Of a stretch of 64,000 nt of DNA, positions 11,031 through 25,500 are shown piece by piece; position 1 is the first letter of the stretch, and each line of letters opens with the position of its first letter. A program made the position numbers and the translations under genes. The stretch is from Torpedo marmorata (Eukaryota): assembly GCA_977017645.1 (NCBI GenBank), contig OZ360221.1:132990001-133054000 (forward strand), written 5' to 3'. The notes under the pieces are model-generated. The model was not told where the DNA came from. It searched no databases and saw only the letters and a list, made by a program, of their open reading frames with translations.

Positions 11031-14000
11031 GACCAAAAAATGGCAATAGTTTTCAATTAACATTTTCTCCCCTTCTTTAAGCTTTGCAAGGTAATTTTTA
11101 ATCATCTTCCAATCACGTTTAGATAGACACAGTCCATTTGATCTAAACTGTGAATCATTTTTGAAATTCAATTTTAAAAACATCTTTCTAATTTGTAACA
11201 CATTTATTAAAGATGTCATAATTGCAAAATTGAGTTACATTTCCAACATGTGATCACAGTTCTCTGACACTCCCAAATTTAGGTCACATTGCCCTATCGT
11301 CAGAAGAGAATCATGTACTACAGTTTGGCAACATTTGCATTTTAAGCAATTTGAGATTGTGCAACATTCAATTTGTAGACAAATTACAGCATCAGGATAA
11401 GTTCACAATTTAGAAAAATTGTAACTGAACCAAATGTATGTGTCCATTGCCATGATGTTGAATGCTTACATCAGAACATTGTTACTGTAAACATGGCTAT
11501 TCATCCTATAGCCTATGCCAGCATCTTGTAGAGCAATCTATTCAGTCCCACCCGCTCTGTCCTTTTTCTTGAAACTCTCCAAATTATTTCCCACCACACA
11601 AGCATCTATCCAATCATCTTTTAAAAGTCCTGGTTGACACAGTTCCCTCCCACACAGCACATTACAGATTATTCTGCAGAAAAGGAAGTTCACATTCCTT
11701 TGTCCATGATCTGGAATCTGTCACCTGGATCTTGAATCATCAAATGGGGAGGGGAATGGGGGAAATCACTTGCCATTTAAAATCTGTCATGGTCTGGTTC
11801 ACATCTATCAAATTGCCTCTTAATGATTTACAATTTTGATTCAATTGGCAAAGCCCTCAATTTGTATGCCCTCAATTAAGTCTTTTTGACACATTAATAA
11901 TCCAAATTACAATTTCTTTGGTCCTTTATTCTTTCTAGCCATTCCCCAAATCTTCTCCCATCCATTCTTGTGGCTACACAAGTGTTGGCTTCTCTGATAC
12001 CTCTTCCAACTGTAAATTCTTTATTTTAATGACCAGGTAGTTGACATTGATTAGGTTACTCATCATGGTGATCTTTATACCCAAGTCTAACTGGATTCTA
12101 ACTGTATTCACAACCAAAAGCAATGACAGATAATATTTCTAGTTTAATTATTCATTATCCCCATAAGGACTATTTCCATTAAAGTTTTGAGTCTCAAACT
12201 GTAGATGTGAAATTAACATAATTTGAAGGAATGAATTCAATTTGCCTTGAATCATACCTGTGATTAATTAATAGCAATCTCATTAACAGTGGTATATGGA
12301 ATGAAATTTAAATGCTTTACAATCACATCCATGCTTTCCCCTTTCCAGATCATGTACACATCTCATGTTTTTCGTTTAATACCCATTTCTTTCTACAAGT
12401 GTCAATTGCAGTCAGAAAAAGAGATTAAAATTCCACCTGGTATTCCAGGATTTCACATTATAATTGTAACGTTTAGTTTGGAGCTTCATTGCTGGAGATA
12501 CTACTCATCACGACATACATTAAAAATTATATGATTATACAGAAACATTTAATATGTTAATTACATTGAACTATTATCTCAATAACTTTAGTGAATCTTT
12601 TAAAATTCCATAACCACTATTTGCACAAAGCTATTTTATCTCCATCCATCAATATTCATCACAGTACGATCTTGTAACATACAACCATTTCCAACGTTAA
12701 TTATGAAACCAGAGTAATTTCAAAATTTAAGGATAGTGGTTGAATAAAAAGGGGAAAAAAGATATGAAACACCAACATGGATTAGTTTGCTGAATGCTCA
12801 CATTAATGCTTTAATTTACAATTCACTTAATATGACTAATTTAATGCTTTATCTTCCTGTAATGTTCAATAATTCCTTGGCATGTCCAACTGCAGAAATG
12901 AAATATTCATCAAAGCAGCTGAAGCAGTTAATAGATGATCCTATAGCAAACTACATAAATACTTAATTCTAAAAAGAACATATTATTTCTACACCTTTCT
13001 AAGTCTTTACAAAATGATTTATTCAGTCAAAAATATATTTTTGATAAAGTTAATTTATAATTTATAACTTAACTAATTTATAATTAACTTTGTACCAGAA
13101 ATTGAGTGAAAATTATTTTTAAACAAATGAGCACAAATCCATGAATTTTAATTTTGTTTTAAATTAAACCATTCAGATTAAAAATAATACTTAAAATAAT
13201 CCATTTGAAGGAATCATTTGCAGTTTGTTAATGCAAATCTTTCTCATTAGAATCTTTAAAACTTTATGAGCAATTTACAAAATAGTTCAATTTTACATAA
13301 TCCAACAGGATTTTCAGTTTTCAAATTATTTAATAATTATCCATTAATGGCAATGTTAAAAAAGAACGAATATTACTGCAACTTCGTTTTTGCGAATCAA
13401 ACCCGGTCAGAAATTTCTAGCAAACCATTTTATAAGCCACTTGAACAACTGAATACCTTTTCCAAACAAAGAAAAAAAATCTACAAATCAAAAAGTAAAT
13501 ATATTTGCTTGTAATTAATTATTTTAATTTATACTGCATTTTAGGATTTGAATCAGTAGATTAAAGGAGTATTAAAGTAGATCCCACAGTAATTTCCATA
13601 GGTACGTTAGGAAAGGAACAGGGGGATTGAACTAAATAGACAGCTCTTTCAAATACTAACTTTGGCACAAGGGAGTGAATCATTTCTTTGATGCCTTTAT
13701 TTAATCATTGATAGAAATTATGACATAAAAATAGTTAAATCAGGCAAAAAACACATTCGAAACCTTAACTGAACTTTTAAAAAGTGATTTTAGGAACAAA
13801 TGTTATTTTTTGAATTATTAAACCCAAATGTTACTATCAAAATCTGCCTCCATCTGAACTATATTTTCTTGTTACTCAATCAAGCTTTTACTTCAAACTA
13901 ATGTAATTCTTGAGAAAAAAATGATTATACAAATCGCAAGTAGAACTGACTACGCACAAGTATGAACTACTAATGTTTTGCAGAAAGGCATCACACAATT

Positions 14001-14182
14001 AATTGTTCACTGCTCTCTTGATAGAACATTACTATCCATTTAAGGCTATCCATCAAAAATGTTCCTCTTTCTTCCAATGCACTCCCAACACTTAACCCAA
14101 TTTTGACTGTTATTTGTCTTTCTTTGTACATCTAAATTTTATTTTACAAATCACATTTATTTCCACACCATCTCCATACTCA

Positions 14183-14260
14183 CTGTCTGACCTGCTGAGT
14201 TTCTCCAGCATTTGTGTTTTTTACTTCAACCACGGTGTCTACAGATTTTCGTCATTTACT
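14183..14260 (+). mobile_element. Isolated Penelope 3' terminus/tail fragment
   Basis: CTGTCTGACCTGCTGAGTTTCTCCAGCATTTGTGTTTTTTACTTCAACCACGGTGTCTACAGATTTTCGTCATTTACT matches the tailed ends at 793-870 (rc), 10715-10790 and 42600-42671. Confidence 0.85.
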
Positions 14261-17099
14261 TCAATAGTTCAGGAAGTCTTTTCCATTCTGAGACACATTG
14301 AATCATGCATATTGACACTATGATATCAAAACCATTGTCACTACAATGGCATTAACCATTTATAGTTTGAACATGCAATATTTTGAAAATTTAATGAACT
14401 GAGGATCATCCAAATATTGTTTTGCACAAGACAGATTTTAACATTTTCAATGGTAAGAAACTAGATGTTGGTGAAGATCGAAACAATTTAATCGTACCAA
14501 GAAATGAATAAAACAGCAATATTTAATTATGACCTACTTAAATTAAAAAGACAAAGCGTGACCGTCTTTGCTTTGTTTTTGTTGCTAGGATATAATAAAT
14601 TATCTACACTTCTTGACAAACAGAATAAAAGTCATGCAAAATGCATAATATGTAATTTAAGATGAATGGTAGTTTTGAAAGACAATGAAGATATCAATTT
14701 ATGGTCCTCAGAACAAGACAATTGTTCTTCACCACCACTAATGTCAAGAGAAACCTATCTTTTTATGCGATACTATTCCACTTTCATCAGAATGCATAAA
14801 AGTTTATATTTGCTAATGAGTTAACTGGAATTTATTATTAAAGTGTCTCAATGAATTGATTGCAAGATAAAGTGCAAGATTTATTCAGTCTTTGGATTAT
14901 ACTGACTTGGAAAGTTTATCAATCATTCAACTATATTACTTCATTCTGGTGTTTTACATAATTAATATGTAAACAGCCAAACATTTCAATATTATAAATT
15001 TAGAATATCTTACTGGAATAGATTTGTATTGCATCTAACACATGTATCTGAGTAAATATTCACAGTGACAGCAGCTTGCATAAAAACTAATAACATGAAT
15101 TTAAACATATAAAAAGTGTATAAATTTATACTTATTTATTGGTATATTTTACAAACAGTAAGAATAATTCATCCCACTATGTTAATATATTTTGTTTTGG
15201 ATCAGACATTTTTAATGTACTTACAATATGGATATATTAATGTTGCTTCAAAACAAATAAAATTATTGTTGGTGTGGTATGCAACAGATAGATAAATTGA
15301 TTACGTATATTGTCCACTATTCAACACAAAGATCACATGCTTCAGCAAAAAGTTCAAACAAATTTATTAGAAAGTTTCCAAAGATAGAGTGCATGATTTC
15401 CAGAATCTTTTGTGCATAATTTGATAATTCTAATATTGTGAGAGGAATACAGAATCATTAGTGATATTAACATGATAGTTTTACAACTTAACATCAAAGA
15501 AGGGGTATCAAATTCCCCACTGAACAATAAATTAATCACTAAATTTACTTGAACAAAAGAAAAAACTCAATTCCAATGACTTCCACACATAGACTTAAAA
15601 AAAAACATTTTCCTATCCTGCTTAGAATTAAATCTCATTTAGTCTAATCAAATCTAGTTTTAAGTTGCCTGGACCCAAATCAAGGTACATTAATAGTTGC
15701 ATTTGCATACCTATGCATCAGAATTATGCAGATGTTTGCATATTATCATGAATATGCTTAAATTAAAATGGAAAAATATGTCTTGGATTTAATAGGAACA
15801 CAACCCATTTTGTACTTATCAAAATAATTCTCAAACTTATTCTTCCATGAACAATGTGGATCTTTCATGTTAGTTTAAAAATTAAGTTTAAAGTTTCACT
15901 TTTATTTATGCATTTCTTTCAATTTATCAAATATCACAAATTCTAAAACCCAAGATGTACTTTGTAAGTCAGTCAATTCAATACAAATCAGTTACTTGAA
16001 TTCACTGTCAAGATTACCTCTAACGTAACAAAAGAGAGCCGTTTCTTTTTCACAATGCCATTTATATGAGAGCAATAATTTTTTAAACCAGATTTAATCT
16101 CCACTTCATTTGTACTAATGAAAACCTGGTTTCATTCAACTTTTCAAACATTTTAAGATTTTAAATAATTGTATACTGTTAGCAAGGATTACAATGCCCA
16201 AAGTAATGTACTCATTCAAAGTACGCCTATTACATCAGCTTTAAAAAAAAAGTATTTTAAAATATTATGGCAGAAAATGCAAAAAAGTTCCAAAACCTTT
16301 TATACAAATAGAGGTTAATTGACAAGTTCTTTTCACATAGACCTGCTGCAAAACTACACATTTTCCCCCTCAAATTAAGCAAGGGTGGTCAAATATATTA
16401 ATGTTTGTTTAACAACATTAAAATACTGAGATACAAAAAGTTCAAAAAGATTTTTTTTAAACCACAAAGGGAGTTAAAATTCTACATTTTCAAAAACTCA
16501 GTTTCTTAAATTAAAACAATATGCTATTAAGAATACAAGTTTGTAACCAATATTTGATAACTTCCATATGAATTTCGTTGGCATTTCATGGATTTAGAAC
16601 CAATTCAAAAGTAACCGTTGACGAGTATTAAGATTTGTTGCAAATTTGATCTGGATACTTAAATACATTTGCTGCACAGAAACATTTTTTTTCCTCCAAT
16701 TTTTCCATTTATAAAATTGTATACTTTATACATTGTGCATTTTTTTTTAATGCCAGGACATATTTCAGAAAGTAAGTTTCTGGAAATATAACTTTGTTAT
16801 ATTTCCAGACACAAAGTCCAATTTTGGTCCTTCCTATATATTTATATTGGAGTTTTAGTGATTCAAATTTATCAATTAACCTTAACCAAATTAAATGAGT
16901 ATTTTCATGTTTTGCTGGTTCTACGGATAGTTTTATTTGTTCTCAACATAGGCGGTTATTTTATCTTGTTTATTTGTACAAATTTAAGTGTCCCAAAAGT
17001 GGAGAATTGCACAGATATTGCACTGAATCACAGATTAACAATTATTCCACACTATTCGTACTCTGGAAAGCAAGAAGTGCACAATTTGTTTTTGTTTAG

Positions 17100-19189
<2,090 letters not shown>

Positions 19190-20078
19190 TGAGAGGCCTA
19201 AAACAGCTGCTTACGTCCTGGTTTAGTAGAAACTCTGGGGAGAGGAGGGAGGTTGCTTGCTATCGAGCACTTCAAAAAGAACTCTTTTCAGAGTACGCGC
19301 GTAAACTACACTTGCTCGGGCGTTAACAAAAGAAATAACAAACTTTTCTTGTTTCAGTTTTTAATTTAAAATTATTGACGTTAGAACCCATTCCATCCTT
19401 TTGCAGCGGCACGCGATTTTTTTTCCCTTTATGAAATGTAAGTCGTGGAAGGAACTAATCGGAAATCAACGGTGGGCGGAATGTTTTTATCATTTACTTT
19501 TTTAACTAATTGAGTTGTGATGAGTTTTTTTTTAAACTTAAAAATGGGCAAGTCAGTTCGTAATGGTATTGTAGGCCTATAACGATCCTGGCGGCAGCTC
19601 GGAGGCAGCATTCAAATCAATGCGCGCCCAGGAAGGGAGCGCGTATTTGTGTTTTTATATTTTGTAGTAGAAAAATAAAGGACAAATGCAAACTTATTGT
19701 CCAAGAACTGTCCAGTTGTCAAGTTTATTATCGTTCATTGCGTCTGACAACGTGAATTCGTATTTAGTCAGCCATACGGAGTCCCAAAAGTGTCCTTTAG
19801 GACTCGGCCACCAGAAACATGGCTGAAAATTAGAATACATAACAATTGAGTCCACGACTTTTTCTAATCTATTTATTTACATCACTTGGGAGTGCAGTTA
19901 ACTGTTTGCTGTTGTATTCGTAAACCTGTTGTTAGTCCGAATCAAATATTTGGGATGTCGTTACCTGGGAAACTATTGATCAGATCTACACTCTTGGATA
20001 GACGCACGTAAAGCAACCGGTCATTATTTGAAATGTTGAACTCCTTGATAAACACTTGTATTTTGTATATTTCCGCAG

Positions 20079-20139
20079 GTAAAGTGGAGCTGCACGGAAA
20101 ATCTATAGAAGTGGAGCACTCCGTTCCGAAACGACAAAG
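20079..20139 (+). CDS. IGF2BP3: IGF2BP3 coding exon 2
   Basis: Acceptor TTTCCGCAG|, 61 nt in phase with exon 1 encoding (G)KVELHGKSIEVEHSVPKRQ(R), donor AAG|GTAAAG. HGK.IEVEHSVPKRQR is the IGF2BP3 signature. Confidence 0.95.
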
Positions 20140-22475
20140 GTAAAGGGGCTAATTCATTTTAACTTGTCTATCCAAATTAAAATAGAACGCACTGGTTGTT
20201 CCATCTGTCTGTTTGGAGATAAATGTCATTGAAGCCATTTGTACGTGCGTTTCGCGTGTTTGTAATGTAGTATCCAATTATCCTTTTAAATTCGCTAGTT
20301 TTCTGTCTATTTTAAGGTAATACATTTTCTTCATAATCTTATTTCCTTAATTTACTTTCGTGCTTCGTTAAATGCTTATTTAGGTTCTGGAAATTAAATT
20401 AACTTTAAAGCTGTAGGACCTGAATCAACGTTTTTTTAAAAAGGTTTGCGGTGCAGCAGGAAATGCTGCGGTGTTTTACGTTATGTTAGCTGAGAAACAC
20501 GTGAGTTGTCAAGTAGGGGGTGGGGTGGGGAGAAGCAAAACGATTAAAGTTAAAACGTTTCCTTTATTGTACACGAATATGTATGAATCCATTTCATGAA
20601 GGATTGCAAACGTGTACTCTTCGCAAATGGTTTCCATATACTGTATATGAAGATCTGATCGGTTATTCATATATTGAAATTAAATGCTTTTTTGAATTGT
20701 CCAAGTAAACTAGTGTGACTAGATTTTGTAGAGATTAAAGTTGAAGTTAAACGTTGTTCTTAAATCTCCACGAGTCAATTTTAATCATCCAAAATTGTAT
20801 TGAAGTGGGTAATATTTTAAGCAAGTGATATCAACTGTTGTAAGTCTATTGACAATTAAAACGGCCATTGAAATACTGTACTTAGTTTCAGCACTTTATG
20901 TGGTCTTTCAAAAGTTTAATTGTTTGAGATGCTGGTTTCCAAGTGAGAGTTTTGTTAATTTGGTCATTGTAAGCTGTCTCTCAGAAACTGTACATGTACA
21001 CTTTTGTATTTCTATTTCCAAAAGTGAACACATATTTGAGAAATTGAGAAAAACATTTTCTACTCATCATATTAATTGACTTTTTTGAACTTGGACTCTT
21101 AATTAAATGTAAATTGTTCACTTGCATAGAATGTTGAGAGGAAGTTGCTGAAAATGTTTTGGAGATGGAAAATGATTGTGAAAGGTTTACTGTAGCATGA
21201 ACTTGTAGATAACATCATGTGTTGAATCTTCTCCACCCATAACTGTTCATTTTGAATGTTTTCCATGGTGTCAGTATTTAATAGAGCATTATCACTGTTA
21301 ATAAGTGTTTGTATTCTTTTTCATTGCAACACAATGGTTAACTTTTTTGGTATATGGATTTAAATACAAAATTGATGTAACTTGAACAGTTTAAGATTTA
21401 CATTTAAAATGTGACTGATTTATTTAACAGTTCATTTTTTCCAATATAATTTCAACCTGTTGTAAGTGAAATTTGTTTCTGTATAATTTTTCCATACACC
21501 TGAACAAATTAGTGTGATTGTTTTCGTTTTTTATTTGTAACTGGATAAAATTCATTGTTGTAGTAATAGTTTTGCACTTGTCTTTGTATACAGAAACTAA
21601 CTTGGAGATGTGGAGCAAATTAACATCCAGTTTTGTTACCATTAATTGGGCTTTTGTATCTTCATTAAAATTTGGGGTCTATTTACATATTTATATTTTT
21701 AAAAAAGTAATTTAGTGACCAATTGTATCAGCAAAATTGTTAAAAAATAAATATTCCTTTGAAAATTAAATTGATTCTGAAAATTAACAAGATTTTGAAA
21801 ATGAAACAGCAGGTACCAACTGATCTTGCAATTTATTTTTCCCGTTGCTTTTGTCTTGGAATTGCCCCTTTGTTCATAATCTGGTTTAAAAAGCTTATGT
21901 TTGCATTGTTTATTTAGAATGATATTTATAAACCAAATGTGGGTAACCCTTCAAACTTGGAACAATGTATATTTGAAAACATCGTATGCTGAGTTTGTTA
22001 CTTGGTTGTGGTTCTGTTTCTTTTATGCTAAATGTAATTGGAATGGTTTTGATCAGCTATAATGTAAATATGTGTTCTACACCAATCTGATATCTATGCT
22101 CATGAAAATATGCAATGAGAAGACTCCAAAAAATATTGTTTAGTATAATCTTGATGTGAAGATGGAATTTAAAAAATACTTGTTCATTGACTTGCCTCGT
22201 ACATTAAAAGAAAACTTTACTTTCCAAATGATAATGCGCTGGTATTAGACTTAAGATATGACCATTTTGGATATTAATAGATGCAAGCAAGGATTTCCAT
22301 GCATACCTTTTTGACAGTAGAGTACAGTGTGACTGAAGCACAACTTTGTGGCTGCCATCTTGCATTGTGAAATTGGTATTGCATCTGTACCATGCGACAA
22401 ATAATTATTAATGGTCTCCATATTGAAATTGGGATAATTTGAAGGACTTGTTTCTTCAAAAGGAATTTTTCTTGT

Positions 22476-22508
<33 letters not shown>

Positions 22509-25500
22509 AAAGAAAACAAAGATACATTTTAGTAAAAACTTTGTAATCTTTTGCACACTAACTCAAACAGCACCCTTGATTAGTTTTTGAGGCATGTGCA
22601 TGCATTTCAATGTTCCTCTATGGAGGAACAAAGGGATACTTTATGTTGGGTATGTGGAATTAAAGTAATTTATCAGAAATGTGTATTGTCGTGAATTGAA
22701 AGTAACATGAAGGATATAAAATTCTTGATCTAGACGTGTTCGTGGCTAAATTTTGTAGTGGCAGAGAAAGGCTTGTTGACTGTATATTGAGTAATTTAAA
22801 CAGTGCCTTTTAGAACCGGCTTGAAATTAATGCACAAAATATCTTTGTTCTGTGTATATGTGGAATAACGAATTGAAGAAATAAAGGGTTTTATTTCTAA
22901 GTGTTAATAACCTTTTTTAAATTAAATTGGCCAAATTTGTATATAATGTTTTAAAAATACTTCCACTTTTCAGTGTGCAAAATTGATTTCAGAAGCATTT
23001 CTTCCTGCTTCTAAGAGTGTTATTTTTAATGAAGCTTGGTGATTGTGATGTTTTGTTACTTTGAAGGTACAAGATAAAATGTAGGTTTTTTTGTATCTCT
23101 TGAGGTGTTCTGTTGCTTTGGAGACTTAACAATCTCTTGATTTTCAAAACATTTTGGGTTTGTTGCTAAAATACTTTTCGTACATGAAAAATAAATTGTG
23201 TGTTTTAGTTAGCCTTTGGGGTTAGTATGCAAGTCAGCTGAAATATTTTGGTGTTGTAATGTGTGGGGAAAAAAATTGATCAGTTACTTAGCTTTATTAA
23301 GTAATGTTACTTCTACAGTATTTGGAATCTTGCATATGCACCAGTATAGAAGCCCACCCAGTTTGCTGGTATGTGGATTCTGTGAGCTGTACATAAAGCC
23401 TTTCCTACACAAATATTCACTTTGGTCTGAAGGATTGGATTTGGAGAACATACCTTTCTAGATTTTTTGAATAATACCTTATTTAAAATGTAACTTTTTT
23501 TGGAAGAGGTGTGGTATAGTTAGAAATGGTAGTGATTTCAAATGGAAAAAACATGCTTTACTACTAACAGATCAACAAATGACATATGCAACTGTTTCAC
23601 CCTGGTCTTCCTGCTTGATTTTTATCAATGCACAATGTGTATATTTATCCAAATGCCAGAGTGCTGCATATTTTCACTTCCAAGCTAGAAAATTCAGTTT
23701 GAATTATCTAGTTTTTTTTGTTACTTTGTTCACAGTTGAGCAGCTTCTGTCGTTCTGTTCACTTTGCCTTGAGGCTTGGAGGCAAATGTAAGGGGTACTG
23801 CTAATCCACATCCTCATCACGTAAATAAAGGTCAAGAGGTGGTGTCAGTTAGGGTTGCCTTAAAGTCGTTTTTGATGCCAGAGGACCAATCAGGGCAAAA
23901 TGTGCTTGATTTGTTATTCAAAGTGAAATTCTTGGGCCCAGCAGTCACTGCATTCCAGCTTGCGTTGGAACGTTCAGAATTGACGTGGGTACGCCCACCA
24001 TTGCAAAAGCGACCTTTGTACCTGCTGTGAAAGGCAGGTTGGGAATATGGTGCCATAGAGCATTTAGTGAAACGTTAAAAGGATGAGAGATTTCACACTG
24101 CAATTGGAGGAGGAATGATTAAATTTCACTTGGTAGAATAGTGGAGATTTATAATGGGGGATGGGCAAAACCCAAGATGACTTTGGACCTTGTATTTGAA
24201 TATATGCCTTTAATTCTCAAAATACACAACAAATCTATCTGCCAGTTGTGCAGATTATTTTCTCCCAATACTTGGGACCATCTGTTACCTGTTACTGGGA
24301 ATAAATTGAAGAAAACAATTTGGATATAATCATTTACCTTTTAATTCCTTAGAGCAACTAAGATTCTATTTTTGCTTGTGTTCAAGCTCTCACATTGATG
24401 TTTGTTGTGGAGTTCTGTAGTCTTGCTGTGATAACACAGCAGCTGGTGTATGGTGGGAAATGCACATGCTCTCAATCTGATTATGCAATCAGCCTGCTGT
24501 CATTTGTTGTTCATTGGGCAGTTTAGATGGGGGGGGGGGTGTGTATGTATATGGGTGATGATGTGACACTTGGCACCTGGGGTTAGAATGTGTGGTTAGA
24601 ATTTTGACACCAACTGTAAGCAAAAGTATTTCCTTTCATATAAAACAACTTTTATTTTGAGAAAAATGTACATGCCTTCTGAAAGTAAAAAGCAATTCCT
24701 TCATGTGCATCCTGGTGAGTGAAAGTTGATGCTGAAATTGATTTGCAGTGCCTGTAAGGTCATGAAAAATGGCTGAAGTGGGTGTTCCTTATTCTGTCTT
24801 GGGTTATTTCCTCCTTGACCTCTGGCTACATTCCATAAAAGGGCAGCCATTGCACACAAGACAGCCTGGCTGTTTGTGATGGGTAAAATTGCATCGGGAG
24901 TGTGTTGTGGCTTCCTACAGCTATTAGCTTTTTGGATGTATTGAGGTTAAAATTGTGGACATTTTCCTTGTGTCACTTGATCTTTATGAACATGCAAAGT
25001 GTTTTATGGACAGGCACATGAAAAACATGCTCTGAAAGTTTCTGAAGACTTGTTTCTGGTAGATTTGTCTGCATTCTGGTATTTCTTTGCAGCAGAAATT
25101 TGCTAAATAAAGAAAGCGTAGTATGGGACCTGACAAGTTTGTTCAGTGTAGTGATTTGAACTACCTAACAGTTCTTCATTTGTATTTTAACAGGTTTTGT
25201 TATTCACTTATGTATTTTTTCAATGTGGCTAATTTCTCTTGGAGTTAATTTTAGTATTCTTTTGTTTACCTGCTTTTAAAAAAAAAATAAAAAAAAATCA
25301 GCAAAACTTCAGGTACAAGTTTTAAGTATGTATCATAAGTTTCAAAGTTGTGTACTAATATTTAAACGTGTCTTGGTCAACTAGATCAAAATTATTTTTT
25401 TTGTGTTTTAAAAAGCTAGAAATTGGGTGAGGCTGTCACCCAGTATGTCTACAACAATTTTTGTTTGGAGAGTTGTTCATGTGTGGTTATAAATTTTGAT

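Noticed and set aside
20077-20084. AG|GTAAAG at the start of exon 2 as a recursive splice site
   Set aside because: Explained by the split Gly codon plus Lys codon, and intron 1 is short (~0.96 kb).
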